From Candidatus Saccharimonadota bacterium (GTDB lineage: Bacteria; Pseudomonadota; Gammaproteobacteria; Enterobacterales; Enterobacteriaceae): DNA of 32,000 nucleotides. The notes beneath the pieces are model-generated. The model was not told where the DNA came from, did no database searches, and saw only the letters and a program-made list of their open reading frames with translations. The DNA is taken from contig CP188087.1 of the NCBI GenBank assembly GCA_049942775.1, positions 150,001 through 182,000 of the forward strand, given 5' to 3'. Made by a program: the position numbers and the translations under genes. Below, one piece after another: positions 1 through 9,664 of this stretch. Every line of letters starts with the position of its first letter. Within the stretch, counting starts at the first letter, position 1.

Positions 1-285
1 ATGACGTTAAATTTAGAAAAAAGTTCTAAACTAAACAACAGGAATTTTTCATTTTTAATCAATTGGAAAATTTTTTCGTTAATTTTTTTAATGTTGTTTT
101 TTGGTGTTTTATATATTTTATTTTTTTTAAATAATGGTGAAATGAATTTTATGTCTGAATCAGACAACATTCGAAAGTTTGGTAATAAATTATTAAGTTC
201 GTATGCTATATTATTTGAATTCATTTCTATGATTTTATTATCTGGAATAATAATTACATTTTATATTGGAAAAAAAAATAAATAA
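1..285 (+). CDS. nuoJ: NADH-quinone oxidoreductase subunit J, C-terminal part (gene begins upstream of the window)
   Basis: Hydrophobic membrane ORF lying directly upstream of nuoK-L-M-N in the conserved nuo operon order. The Met at position 1 is probably internal. TAA stop at 283-285. Confidence 0.85.
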   Translation: MTLNLEKSSKLNNRNFSFLINWKIFSLIFLMLFFGVLYILFFLNNGEMNFMSESDNIRKFGNKLLSSYAILFEFISMILLSGIIITFYIGKKNK

Positions 286-322
286 ATTTGGTTAACTACA
301 TTTTATATCAAGGACATATTAT

Positions 323-625
323 ATGATTCCTATACAACATGGTTTATTGTTGTCGATGTTATTATTTTTTTCAGGATTATTTTTAATATTAACTCGTCGT
401 AATTTTCTTTTTATATTAATTGGACTAGAAATAATGAACAATGCTTGTTCTTTAATTTTAGTTTTTGCTAGCAATTATGTTCATCAGTTAGATGGACAAA
501 TATTATATTTGTTAACAATCACATTATCAGCTGTTGAATCTGGAATTGGATTAGCTCTTTTAATTAAGATGCATCGTTATTATAAGACATTAAATATAGA
601 CGTTTTAAGTGAGATTTGTGAATGA
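323..625 (+). CDS. nuoK: NADH-quinone oxidoreductase subunit K
   Basis: 100 aa, the same length as E. coli NuoK. MIPIQHGLLL...LIGLEIMNNA...GLALL aligns along the full length. AAGGA SD at 310-314, 8 nt upstream of the ATG. The TGA stop overlaps the nuoL ATG (ATGA at 622-625), suggesting translational coupling. Confidence 0.95.
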   Translation: MIPIQHGLLLSMLLFFSGLFLILTRRNFLFILIGLEIMNNACSLILVFASNYVHQLDGQILYLLTITLSAVESGIGLALLIKMHRYYKTLNIDVLSEICE

Positions 626-2490
626 ATAACATGAGTAGTATTATTCTTTTTCCTTTATTTGGATTTTTTATTTTATCTATTTGTCAAAGAAAAATATCGA
701 ATTTTTTTTCTGCTTTAATTGGAATAGGTTCAATTTTTTTTTCGTTAGCAATTATTGTTCGTATTTTTTTTTGTTATTTTAATAATAGATCTAGTTTGAA
801 TTTTTTTTCTCAACATATTGAAATATGGAATAATATTCGATCTTTAAATTTTAAAGTTGATTTATTAATGGATAAATTTTCAATTTTTATGTTATTAATG
901 ATTGGATTAGTTGGATTTTTAATACATGTTTTTTCTTATTGGTATATGAAATCTGAAGAAGAGTTTTCTACTTATTTTTCTTACATGAATCTTTTTATAG
1001 CTAGTATGTTTTTATTGATTTTGTCTGATAATTTATTATTAATGTATTGTGCTTGGGAATTGGTAGGACTATGTTCTTATTTACTTATTGGATTTTATCA
1101 TAGAAAAAAAGTAAGTTACAAATCAGCTATGAAAGCTTTTTTAATGACTAAAATAGGAGATATATTTTTTTGTTTATCTATTTTTATCTTATATTCTCAT
1201 TTTAAAACAACAAATTTAAATGATATAAAAGTTTTTTTAAAACATAGTTTATTAGCTAAAGATTGGCAATTTCACTTTTCTATTTTTTGTCTTTTAGTTG
1301 CAGCAGTTAGTAAATCAGCTCAAATTCCACTACAAACATGGCTAACTGATGCAATGGTTGGACCTACTCCTGTTTCAGCTTTAATACATGCATCGACAAT
1401 GATAATTGCAGGTGTATATTTAATTGTTAGAACTAACTTTTTGTTTTCTATGTCTCCAACAATTTTGCTTCTTGTAGGAATTATTGGAATATTAACTGTT
1501 CTTTTTTCTTGTTTTTTAGCTTTATTCCAAAATAATATAAAAAAAATTTTAGCGTATTCTACAATGAGTCAAATCGGATATATGTTTATAGCGATTTCTG
1601 TAAAATGTTGGAATGTTGCTATTATGCATTTAATTATTCATTCTTTTTTTAAATCTTTATTGTTTTTAAGTTCAGCTTCCATAATTTCTTTTTTTAATGG
1701 AGAAGAAAATATTTTAAAAATGGGTGGTGCAAGAAAAAAACAACCATTCATTTATTTTTGTTTTTTAGTTGGAGGTGCTTCATTAAGCTCCTTACCGTTG
1801 ATAACTTCAGGTTTTTATACTAAAGGTCAAATTTTATATTTCTTATTAGAAAACAAAAAATGGATGTTTCTTTTTTCTTCTCTTATAGGAGTTTTATTGA
1901 CTTCGATATATACGTTTAGAATGATATTTTTAATTTTTCATACAAAAAGAGAAAAACAAAAAATTATTTATCTAAATAATGGTTTTTTTCATACTTTTCC
2001 ATTATTTGTTTTGTTAATTTTTTCAACTGTATTTATCATGTTTTTTCCTCCCTTTTCCTCTGTTTTTTTTGATTTTTATGATAAAAATTATATTTTTACA
2101 AAAAGAAATTTTTTAGAATTTATATCTAGTATTATTTCTATTATAGGTGTGTTAATTTCTTATGATGTATATGTGAATAAAAAAAATATTTTTTATAAAT
2201 TGTCAAAGAAGAATATTCATTTAAATGAATATTCTGTTAAAAATACAAATTTTGGATTTGATTCTTTTTATGATTTTATTTTTGTAAAACCATATTTTTT
2301 TATAATAGAAAAGATTTCTATTGATCCATTTAAAAAATTATTTTCTTTTTTTTCTTTTTTTATAACTTTTTTTCATCACATGTTTTTGTGTTTGGTAAAA
2401 AAAACTTTATCTTGGCATATTTTATTTTTTTTATCAGGAACATCTTTTTTTTGTTTATCTTTTATTTTTTTGTGTTGTTTAACACATTAA
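622..2490 (+). CDS. nuoL: NADH-quinone oxidoreductase subunit L
   Basis: 622 aa. Conserved blocks include LLLMYCAWELVGLCSYLLIGFY, SAQIPLQTWLTDAMVGPTPVSALIHASTM, LAYSTMSQIGYMF and MGG.RK, as in E. coli NuoL. Confidence 0.95.
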   Translation: MNNMSSIILFPLFGFFILSICQRKISNFFSALIGIGSIFFSLAIIVRIFFCYFNNRSSLNFFSQHIEIWNNIRSLNFKVDLLMDKFSIFMLLMIGLVGFLIHVFSYWYMKSEEEFSTYFSYMNLFIASMFLLILSDNLLLMYCAWELVGLCSYLLIGFYHRKKVSYKSAMKAFLMTKIGDIFFCLSIFILYSHFKTTNLNDIKVFLKHSLLAKDWQFHFSIFCLLVAAVSKSAQIPLQTWLTDAMVGPTPVSALIHASTMIIAGVYLIVRTNFLFSMSPTILLLVGIIGILTVLFSCFLALFQNNIKKILAYSTMSQIGYMFIAISVKCWNVAIMHLIIHSFFKSLLFLSSASIISFFNGEENILKMGGARKKQPFIYFCFLVGGASLSSLPLITSGFYTKGQILYFLLENKKWMFLFSSLIGVLLTSIYTFRMIFLIFHTKREKQKIIYLNNGFFHTFPLFVLLIFSTVFIMFFPPFSSVFFDFYDKNYIFTKRNFLEFISSIISIIGVLISYDVYVNKKNIFYKLSKKNIHLNEYSVKNTNFGFDSFYDFIFVKPYFFIIEKISIDPFKKLFSFFSFFITFFHHMFLCLVKKTLSWHILFFLSGTSFFCLSFIFLCCLTH

Positions 2491-2511
2491 ATTTATTTAA
2501 ATTGATTTAAG

Positions 2512-2537
2512 AATCATTATTCTATTAAATAATGATT
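2512..2537. repeat. 10-bp inverted repeat (aatcattatt / aataatgatt, 6-nt loop) in the 113-bp nuoL-nuoM spacer
   Basis: Read directly: arms at 2512-2521 and 2528-2537. A second 15-nt palindrome, taagaat-t-attctta, lies at 2569-2583. Function unknown; it could be an mRNA-stability or processing hairpin inside the nuo operon. Confidence 0.4.
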
Positions 2538-2603
2538 TAAATTATTTAATTTAAATAATTAAAATTTCTAAGAATTATTCTTAATAACAGGATTATAATT
2601 TCA

Positions 2604-4106
2604 ATGTTACTTTTTTTATTAGTTATTATTCCGTATATCGGAGGTTGTTTTTCTGTTTTTGCAAATAGATTTTGCAATCGTTTTTCGCCTCGTTGGAACG
2701 CTTTACTTTTTACATTTAGTACGTTTTTTCTTGTTGTTTTTATTTTATATAAAAATTATTTTTATATAAAATGTATAGAAAACAATTCTCATGAATGGAT
2801 AACTGAATTTATTTTTCCTTGGATACCTCAATTAGGAATTAATTTTCATTTGGCAATGGATGGATTGTCGTTATTGATGGTTATGTTAGTTTCTTTTTTA
2901 GGAGTAATTTCAGTTTTATGTTCATGGGAAGAAGAAAATAAATCCATGCATGTTTTTTATTTTCATCTTCTTTTTATTATTGGTAGTGTAATTGGAATAT
3001 TTTTATCAATTGATTTATTTTTGTTTTTTTGTTTTTGGGAATTAGCAATAATTCCAGTTTATTTTTTAGTTATTTTTTGGGGAGAACCAGATCATTTTAT
3101 TAAAGAGAAAAATAAACATTTATTTAACGTTGCAAATGAATTTGTTATATATGGTTTAGTTTCTGGATTATTAATGTTGTTATCTATTTTTGGACTAGTA
3201 ATCAATTACTATAATAATAGTTCAATTTGGTCTTTTGACTATAATACTTTATTAAAAGTGTCTTTAAATCCACATTTAGAATTATTTTTAATGATTTGTT
3301 TATTTTTATCTTTTGCAATAAAAATGCCAATTATTCCTTTTCATTCTTGGTTTCCTAATTTGTTAATAAATACTCCAAAGTCTGGAACAATAGATTTAGT
3401 TGGAATTATTATAAAAACATCTATATATGGATTATTACGTTTTTGTATTCCGTTATTTCCCCATTCTTATTTTAAAATTGTTCCATTTGCAATTGTTTTA
3501 GGAATTATTTCCGCATTTTATTCAGCATTAGTTGCTTATTCTCAAAAAAATATAAAAAAAATAGTTGCTTATATGTCTATTTCTCATATGGGAGTAATGT
3601 TATCGGCTATTTATAGTGGAAAAAGTTTATTGATATATCAAGGTATAGTAATTCAAACAATTGTACAAAGTTTAACTACTGCTGCTTTAATAATAATTTT
3701 CGGAAAATTGTATAAAAAAATTAATTCTATGAATATAAAAAACATGGGAGGTTTATGGTTTAGTTTAAATTGGTTACCTGGTTTATCTTTATTTTTTTTA
3801 GTTTCTAATCTTTCTATTCCTGGAACAGGAAATTTTGTTGGTGAATTTCTAACTTTATTAGGAATATTTAATCGTTCTAATTTTTTATCATTCATTTTTT
3901 TATTTTTGTCTATTTTTTCTTCATTATATTCTTTTAATATAATGCATAAAATCTATTATGGTAGAGAAAAAAAAGTTTATTTTATTGAAAATAAATATAT
4001 TACGAAAACTGAGTTGTTTATCCTTTTGTCTCTTGTTTTTTTGATTTTAGCAATTGGATTTTTTCCACAATTAATTTTAAATATTTCATATATACATACG
4101 ATTTAA
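2604..4106 (+). CDS. nuoM: NADH-quinone oxidoreductase subunit M
   Basis: 500 aa. N-terminus MLLFLLVIIPYIGG versus E. coli MLLPWLILIPFIGG. Conserved blocks include HLAMDGLSLLMV, FFCFWELAIIPVYFL, KMPIIPFHSWFPN and GTGNFVGEF. Confidence 0.95.
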   Translation: MLLFLLVIIPYIGGCFSVFANRFCNRFSPRWNALLFTFSTFFLVVFILYKNYFYIKCIENNSHEWITEFIFPWIPQLGINFHLAMDGLSLLMVMLVSFLGVISVLCSWEEENKSMHVFYFHLLFIIGSVIGIFLSIDLFLFFCFWELAIIPVYFLVIFWGEPDHFIKEKNKHLFNVANEFVIYGLVSGLLMLLSIFGLVINYYNNSSIWSFDYNTLLKVSLNPHLELFLMICLFLSFAIKMPIIPFHSWFPNLLINTPKSGTIDLVGIIIKTSIYGLLRFCIPLFPHSYFKIVPFAIVLGIISAFYSALVAYSQKNIKKIVAYMSISHMGVMLSAIYSGKSLLIYQGIVIQTIVQSLTTAALIIIFGKLYKKINSMNIKNMGGLWFSLNWLPGLSLFFLVSNLSIPGTGNFVGEFLTLLGIFNRSNFLSFIFLFLSIFSSLYSFNIMHKIYYGREKKVYFIENKYITKTELFILLSLVFLILAIGFFPQLILNISYIHTI

Positions 4107-4161
4107 TAGAAAAAACAATTTAATTTTTGTTATTTTGATTAATTTAAGGTTGTAGAAACTA

Positions 4162-5625
4162 ATGATTATTATCAATAAAGAATTAACTGCATTACTTCCA
4201 TTTTTTTTGTTTTTTTTTAATATAATTATATTGACCTTACTAATTTCTTATTCAATTAAAAATTTTAAAAATTTAACTTTTACTATTTTAGCTCTTTTTG
4301 TTAGTTTTTTATCTTTATTTTTTATAATTAAAATAGAACCTGTTGATATTAATTATTTGTTAAGAATTGATAAATATTCAATTTTCTATTCTAAAGTTTT
4401 TTTAATTTTTAGTTGTATGATATGTATCATGTCATATGAATCTCTAAAAAATCAGAAAAATAATAATTCTCAATTTTATTTACTAGTATTGTTATCTACA
4501 CTTGGTTGTATGTTTTTAACTTCAGTTAATAACTTAATTAGTTTATGTATTGGAATTGAATTAGTAAATATACCGTTATTAGGTTTAATGTGTTGTTTAG
4601 GAAATTACAAACAATCGTTATCATCAGTGATCAAATATATGGTTTTGTCTAGTATATCGTTTTCTTTTTTGTTGTTTGGAATTGCTTTTATATATATTAG
4701 TTCAGGAGGTGGTTTGTCCTTTTTTGAATTACAAAGATCATTAAATTTTGCTATAGATGATAATATATGTGTATTATTATTTGGTATTAGTTTTATTATT
4801 ATTTCTTTTGCATTTAAATTATCAATTTTTCCATTCGGATTGTGGGTTTCTGATATTTATAATGGTATGCATTCAATTGTATTAAGTTATTTTTCCACAT
4901 TGTCTAAATTATCTATCTTTATTTCTTTAGTTCGATTTTTTTTGTATGTTCCTTATACAAAAGGAAAAATTTTATATTATTTATTAGAAGTAATGGCTTT
5001 TTCTTCCATATTATTTGGAAATACGATGGCATTATTTGAATTGAACTTAAAGAAATTAATGGGATATTCTTCTATGTCTAGTTTTGGATATTTGTTAGCT
5101 GCATTATTGTCCTTCAATAGTTTCCCGTTTTTTTTAGATGTTATTGCTATATATATATGTAGTTATCTAGCTAGTAATGTTGGAATTTTTTTTATAATGA
5201 ATTTAATTAATCTTAATAATAAAAATAAATTTAAAGAGAATATAATTTCTAGTTATAAAGGTTTGTTTTGGAGTGATCCGTTTCTTGCAATTTCATTAAC
5301 AATCATGTTGTTTTCTTTATCCGGAATTCCTATAAATTTAGGTTTTATTAGTAAATTTTTGTTATTGTTCAGTATTTTTAGTTCTCATTTAGTTTTTTTA
5401 GGTGTGATTTCGTTTTTTGGAACATTATTATCTTTTTATTATTATTTTAGAATTATTATTAACTTATATTCTTTTTCTTCAGAATTTGAAAAAATTAGTT
5501 TTTTTACTCATATAAAAACTGTTCCAGGATTTATTGTTTTCTTGCTAGATTTATTTTTAGTTTTTTTTGGATTTTTTCCATCTAATTTGCTTGTTTTGTT
5601 AAATGATGTAATAGTTTTTTTGTGA
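4162..5625 (+). CDS. nuoN: NADH-quinone oxidoreductase subunit N
   Basis: 487 aa. LTALLPF, FYLLVLLSTLG, GIELVNIPLL, KYMVLSS..SFLLFG, FKLSIFPF.LW and LMGYSSMS align with E. coli NuoN. It is the last gene of the nuo cluster. Confidence 0.93.
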   Translation: MIIINKELTALLPFFLFFFNIIILTLLISYSIKNFKNLTFTILALFVSFLSLFFIIKIEPVDINYLLRIDKYSIFYSKVFLIFSCMICIMSYESLKNQKNNNSQFYLLVLLSTLGCMFLTSVNNLISLCIGIELVNIPLLGLMCCLGNYKQSLSSVIKYMVLSSISFSFLLFGIAFIYISSGGGLSFFELQRSLNFAIDDNICVLLFGISFIIISFAFKLSIFPFGLWVSDIYNGMHSIVLSYFSTLSKLSIFISLVRFFLYVPYTKGKILYYLLEVMAFSSILFGNTMALFELNLKKLMGYSSMSSFGYLLAALLSFNSFPFFLDVIAIYICSYLASNVGIFFIMNLINLNNKNKFKENIISSYKGLFWSDPFLAISLTIMLFSLSGIPINLGFISKFLLLFSIFSSHLVFLGVISFFGTLLSFYYYFRIIINLYSFSSEFEKISFFTHIKTVPGFIVFLLDLFLVFFGFFPSNLLVLLNDVIVFL

Positions 5626-5845
5626 TATTTTAGATTTTTCTATGTAATAAAGAATATTTTTTTTTAAAGTATTAAAAAATTTAATAATTTAAATAAATTT
5701 AATAAATTAAAAATTAAAATTTATAGTTGTAGTTTTATAAATTATTTTTACAAGATAAGCTTTAAAATTTTTTTAAAATATTGGTTATAAGTATGATGCT
5801 TATATTGTTTGTTATCTTTCAAAGGTCATTTTTGTATAAAACATT

Positions 5846-7126
5846 ATGAATAAATTTTATTTTAATAAAACGTTTAATTCAGAGAAATATAGATTATCTA
5901 AATTATTATCGGAGATAGAATTGTTTTCTAAAGACGTAATAGTTAATGATTTATCAAATATAACAAAAGTAGCTAATAAATTAGATTTGTTAAATATGTC
6001 TTCTTTTATTTTTACTGTCACTGGAACCAACGGAAAAGGTTCTACTTGTTTTATATTAGAAAAATATTTGCTTATGTTAGGTTTAAGAGTTGGTTTATAT
6101 ATTTCTCCACATTTAATTGAATATAAAGAAAGAGTGAGAATTCATGGAAAATATTTAACTGAAAATGAACATTTTATTTCTTTATCGAATGTTTTATTGA
6201 AGAAAGGAAACATTGCATTAACTTATTTTGAAATTATTACTTTATCTTCTCTTTTTTTATTTAAACAAAAAACATTGGATGTCATAATTTTAGAAGTGGG
6301 AATAGGAGGTAGATTAGACGCAACTAATGTAGTTAATTCAAATATATCAATTATTACTAATATTGGATTAGATCATAAAGATCGTTTAGGATCCAATAGA
6401 AATAGTATAGGATTTGAAAAATCTGGAATATTTAGAAAAAACAAAATGGCAATTTTTGGAGATTTAGATATCCCTAGTAGTGTTTGTAAAGAAGCTTTTA
6501 GAAAAAATGTTTGTTTAAAACGATTTGGAAAAGATTGGAAAGTAGAAAAAAAAAAAAGATATTGGAATTTTATTAGTAATAAAATTAAATTAAATAAATT
6601 AAAATATGTTTCTTTTCCAATTGAAAATTTTGCTTTAGCACTAATTAGTTTACAGTTTTCTGGTTTTAAGATTATAGAATCTTTAGTAAAAAAAATAATT
6701 AATTCAATTTTTATACCTGGTCGTTTTCAAACTATATCTTTATCTCCATGGATTATTGTGGATGTTTGTCATAATTCTCATGCAGCTATTTATTTATCAA
6801 AAAGACTTTCTTTAATTAAAAAAAATAAAAAAATACATGTATTAATAGGAATGTTAAAAGATAAAGATGTAAAAAAAACTATTTTACCATTTATAAATTT
6901 AGTTGATTCATGGACTTGTTCTAAATTGAATACAGATAGAAGTGTTCATTTACCAGATTGGAAGAATTGTTTAGAGGTATTTTCTTTTTTTGAAAAAAGT
7001 TGTGATGCTTTTTTTCATGTTTTAAACAATTCTAAAAGAAATGATATTATTTTAATATACGGTTCTTTTTTTTTAGTTTCGGAAATTTTGCTTTTAATAA
7101 ACTATAAACAAACATTGATTAGATAA
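5846..7126 (+). CDS. folC: Bifunctional folylpolyglutamate synthase / dihydrofolate synthase
   Basis: 426 aa. P-loop FTVTGTNGKGST, SPHLIEYKERVRI, VIILEVGIGGRLDATNVV, GLDH, PGRFQ and DVCHNSHAA all match E. coli FolC blocks. Contains an A12 run at 6546-6557. Confidence 0.9.
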   Translation: MNKFYFNKTFNSEKYRLSKLLSEIELFSKDVIVNDLSNITKVANKLDLLNMSSFIFTVTGTNGKGSTCFILEKYLLMLGLRVGLYISPHLIEYKERVRIHGKYLTENEHFISLSNVLLKKGNIALTYFEIITLSSLFLFKQKTLDVIILEVGIGGRLDATNVVNSNISIITNIGLDHKDRLGSNRNSIGFEKSGIFRKNKMAIFGDLDIPSSVCKEAFRKNVCLKRFGKDWKVEKKKRYWNFISNKIKLNKLKYVSFPIENFALALISLQFSGFKIIESLVKKIINSIFIPGRFQTISLSPWIIVDVCHNSHAAIYLSKRLSLIKKNKKIHVLIGMLKDKDVKKTILPFINLVDSWTCSKLNTDRSVHLPDWKNCLEVFSFFEKSCDAFFHVLNNSKRNDIILIYGSFFLVSEILLLINYKQTLIR

Positions 7127-7140
7127 ATTTTTTTTAAAAA

Positions 7141-7168
7141 AGTCTCAAGAATATTTTTTCTCGAGACT
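7141..7168. terminator. Hairpin between convergent folC and prs; candidate terminator, best fit on the minus strand (prs)
   Basis: agtctc(7141-7146) pairs with gagact(7163-7168). After one A/C mismatch the stem extends by aaga/tctt-type pairs 7148-7151 with 7058-7061. On the minus strand the hairpin is followed immediately by a U6 run (complement of aaaaaa at 7135-7140). Confidence 0.5.
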
Positions 7169-7178
7169 AAGTTATTAT

Positions 7179-8126
7179 TTAATGTTCAAACATAGCAGAA
7201 ATTGATTCTTCATTATTAATTCTTCTTATAGCTTCGGCTAACATTGATGATAAAGTTAGTGTACGTACGTTTGGTAATTTTTTAATTTCGTTTGGGAGTG
7301 GAATTGTATCGCAAACTATTACTTCATCAATCATTGATTGTTTTAAATTTTTTACAGCATTTCCGGAAAAAATAGGATGAGTTGCATAAGCTAAAACTCT
7401 ATTAGCTCCTCGTTTTTTTAAAGCGTTTGCAGCTTTAAATATTGTTTCCCCAGTATCAATCATATCATCGATTAAAATGCAATCTCGTTTTTCTACATCT
7501 CCAATTATATTCATTACTTGTGAAACATTTGATTGTGGTCTTCTTTTGTCAATTATTGCCATATCAGTATCATTTAACAATTTAGCTATAGCTCTTGCTC
7601 GTATTACCCCTCCAATATCAGGAGAAACTATAATTGGTTGTTTTAATTTAATTTTTAGCATGTCTTCTAATAATATTAAACTTCCAAAAACATTATCGAC
7701 AGGTACGTCGAAAAAACCTTGAATTTGTTCCGCATGTAAATCTACAGTTAGAATTCTATCAACTCCAATACTAGAAATAAAATCCGCTACTACTTTGGCA
7801 GTTATTGGAACTCTTGCTGAACGAACTCTTCTATCTTGTCTGGAATATCCAAAATAAGGAATTACTGCAGTAATTCTTCCAGCAGAAGCTCTTCTTAAAG
7901 CGTCTATTATTACTATTAACTCCATTAAATTATCGTTTGTAGGAGCACATGTGGACTGAATAATAAAAATGTCTCCTCCACGAACGTTTTCATTAATTTG
8001 TACATTTATTTCTCCGTCACTAAATCTTCCAACTTCAGCATTTCCTAGAGAAGTATTTAATTGCTGTGCTACTTTTTTAGCTAAATTAGGAGTTGCATTT
8101 CCTGAAAATAATTTCATATTTAGCAT
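7179..8126 (-). CDS. prs: Ribose-phosphate pyrophosphokinase (PRPP synthetase)
   Basis: 315 aa, colinear with and very similar to E. coli Prs (MKLF.GNATP..., [69 protein letters not shown], ending [11 protein letters not shown]). AAGGAG SD at 8132-8137 (minus strand), 5 nt from the ATG. Confidence 0.97.
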   Translation of the reverse strand: MLNMKLFSGNATPNLAKKVAQQLNTSLGNAEVGRFSDGEINVQINENVRGGDIFIIQSTCAPTNDNLMELIVIIDALRRASAGRITAVIPYFGYSRQDRRVRSARVPITAKVVADFISSIGVDRILTVDLHAEQIQGFFDVPVDNVFGSLILLEDMLKIKLKQPIIVSPDIGGVIRARAIAKLLNDTDMAIIDKRRPQSNVSQVMNIIGDVEKRDCILIDDMIDTGETIFKAANALKKRGANRVLAYATHPIFSGNAVKNLKQSMIDEVIVCDTIPLPNEIKKLPNVRTLTLSSMLAEAIRRINNEESISAMFEH

Positions 8127-8404
8127 TTTTGCTCCTTATTTTTTGTTATCTATTATATATATTAGTAATATAGATTATTTTTTTTTAAGTTATTTATTTG
8201 TTATATATATTTGTTATATACTTTATTTGTATTATATGCTTTACATATTGTTGTTAATGTAAACAAAATGTTTATTTTGCTTTTTAATAATTATTAAAAA
8301 ATTGTTTTTTATTTTAAAATTTTAAACCTATGGAAGTTATGATAGAATTAAAATTCTGTATTTACTATTTTTATCGTAAAAAAATAATTTTTTATAAAAA
8401 ATAA

Positions 8405-9490
8405 ATGAAAGATTCTATATTTTTAAAATTACAATCACTACATAAGAGGCGTTTAAAATTAGAGCTTTTACTTTCTGATAGAAATATTATATCTGATCAA
8501 GTAAAGTATCTAACTTTATCTAAAGAATATTTATCGTTATTAGATATAACAAATTATTTCATTTCTTGGAATAAAGAAAAGGAAAATATTAAAGAAGCTA
8601 ATCTGTTATTATTAGATAGTGAAATGCATGAATTAGCTAAAGAAGAAATTATTTTTTCTAAAAAAAAGTTAGTAGATCTAGAAAATAAAATAAATTTATT
8701 ACTTTTACCTAAAGATCCAAATGATAAATTAAGTTGTTTTATTGAAATTAGAGCAGCCACTGGTGGAGAAGAAGCATCTATTTTTGCAAGAGAACTATTT
8801 AGAATGTATGTTCGTTATTCTGAACAAAAAAAATGGAAATTTAAGATAATTAATTTTCATCAAAGTGAATGTGGTGGTTATAAGGAAATAGTAGTAAAAA
8901 TTAGAGGTAAAAATGTTTGTGGAAGACTAAAATTTGAATCTGGTGGTCATCGAGTTCAAAGAGTTCCTAAAACAGAATCTCAGGGTAGAATACATACTTC
9001 TACTTGCACAGTAGCAGTTATGCCTGAAATTCCTATGATCAAGAAAAATAAAATTAATATTAATGATTTAAAAATTGATACTTTTCGTTCTTCTGGAGCG
9101 GGAGGTCAACATGTAAATACTACAGATTCAGCAATTAGAATTACTCATATTCCTACTGGATGTGTTGTAGAATGTCAAGACGAAAGATCTCAACATAAAA
9201 ATAAATCTAAAGCTTTATCTGTTTTATCTGATAGAATTTATTCTGCTGAATTATTAAATTTTCATAAAAAAGAATCTTCTGTTAGAAAGAATTTGTTAGG
9301 TAGCGGTGATAGATCTGATCGTATTCGAACTTATAATTTTCCACAAAATAGAATTACGGATCATAGAATTAATTTAACTTTGCATAAATTAGATAGAATA
9401 ATGGAAGGTAACTTAGACATTTTAATTGAGAATTTGATTAAAGAAAATAGAGCTGAGCAATTATCTTTTTTTTCTGAACCTGATTTATAA
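8405..9490 (+). CDS. prfA: Peptide chain release factor 1
   Basis: 361 aa. [42 protein letters not shown], the GGQ motif in [25 protein letters not shown], and [12 protein letters not shown] all match RF1. Confidence 0.97.
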   Translation: MKDSIFLKLQSLHKRRLKLELLLSDRNIISDQVKYLTLSKEYLSLLDITNYFISWNKEKENIKEANLLLLDSEMHELAKEEIIFSKKKLVDLENKINLLLLPKDPNDKLSCFIEIRAATGGEEASIFARELFRMYVRYSEQKKWKFKIINFHQSECGGYKEIVVKIRGKNVCGRLKFESGGHRVQRVPKTESQGRIHTSTCTVAVMPEIPMIKKNKININDLKIDTFRSSGAGGQHVNTTDSAIRITHIPTGCVVECQDERSQHKNKSKALSVLSDRIYSAELLNFHKKESSVRKNLLGSGDRSDRIRTYNFPQNRITDHRINLTLHKLDRIMEGNLDILIENLIKENRAEQLSFFSEPDL

Positions 9491-9570
9491 TTTTTGTTTT
9501 TGCGATATATTTAATATTTTTATATTATTTTTTTTTATTTTGTTTAATTTTAGTAAATTTGTTATTATTT

Positions 9571-9602
9571 AAATATTAATTTGATTCATCAAATTAATAT
9601 TT
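9571..9602. repeat. Perfect 15-bp inverted repeat with 2-nt spacer (32-bp palindrome) in the prfA-sirB1 spacer
   Basis: aaatattaatttgat (9571-9585), tc, atcaaattaatattt (9588-9602). The arms are exact reverse complements, read directly. A TTGACA hexamer starts inside the right arm (9601-9606). Confidence 0.8.
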
Positions 9603-9664
9603 GACATTAAAAAATTTTTTAAAAATTAGTTATTTTAAATTTAAAAAACATAAAAAGGAATTTT

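Noticed and set aside
5793-5849. An 18-codon hydrophobic upstream ORF (MMLILFVIFQRSFLYKTL) whose TGA overlaps the folC ATG as ATGA; a possible leader peptide with translational coupling
   Set aside because: It has no SD. ORFs this short are expected by chance, and an ATGA overlap needs only that the folC ATG be followed by an A. No support beyond the coincidence.
7969-8262. The 97-aa plus-strand ORF, and the other antisense or shadow ORFs in the track: 3653-3895(-), 7477-7722(+), 8554-8760(-), 11637-11825(-), 13835-14161(-), 15999-16280(+), 17116-17298(+), 20316-20498(+), 28423-28611(-), 28738-28944(-), 29642-29824(+), 29834-30064(+), 31239-31427(+)
   Set aside because: Each lies inside, and antisense to, a strongly homology-supported gene. 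None has a recognisable motif or SD. They are typical shadow ORFs.
9601-9640. The TTGACA at 9601-9606 as a sigma-70 promoter for sirB1
   Set aside because: No acceptable -10 hexamer lies at 16-18 nt spacing (aattag/attagt). It is kept only as context for the palindrome finding.
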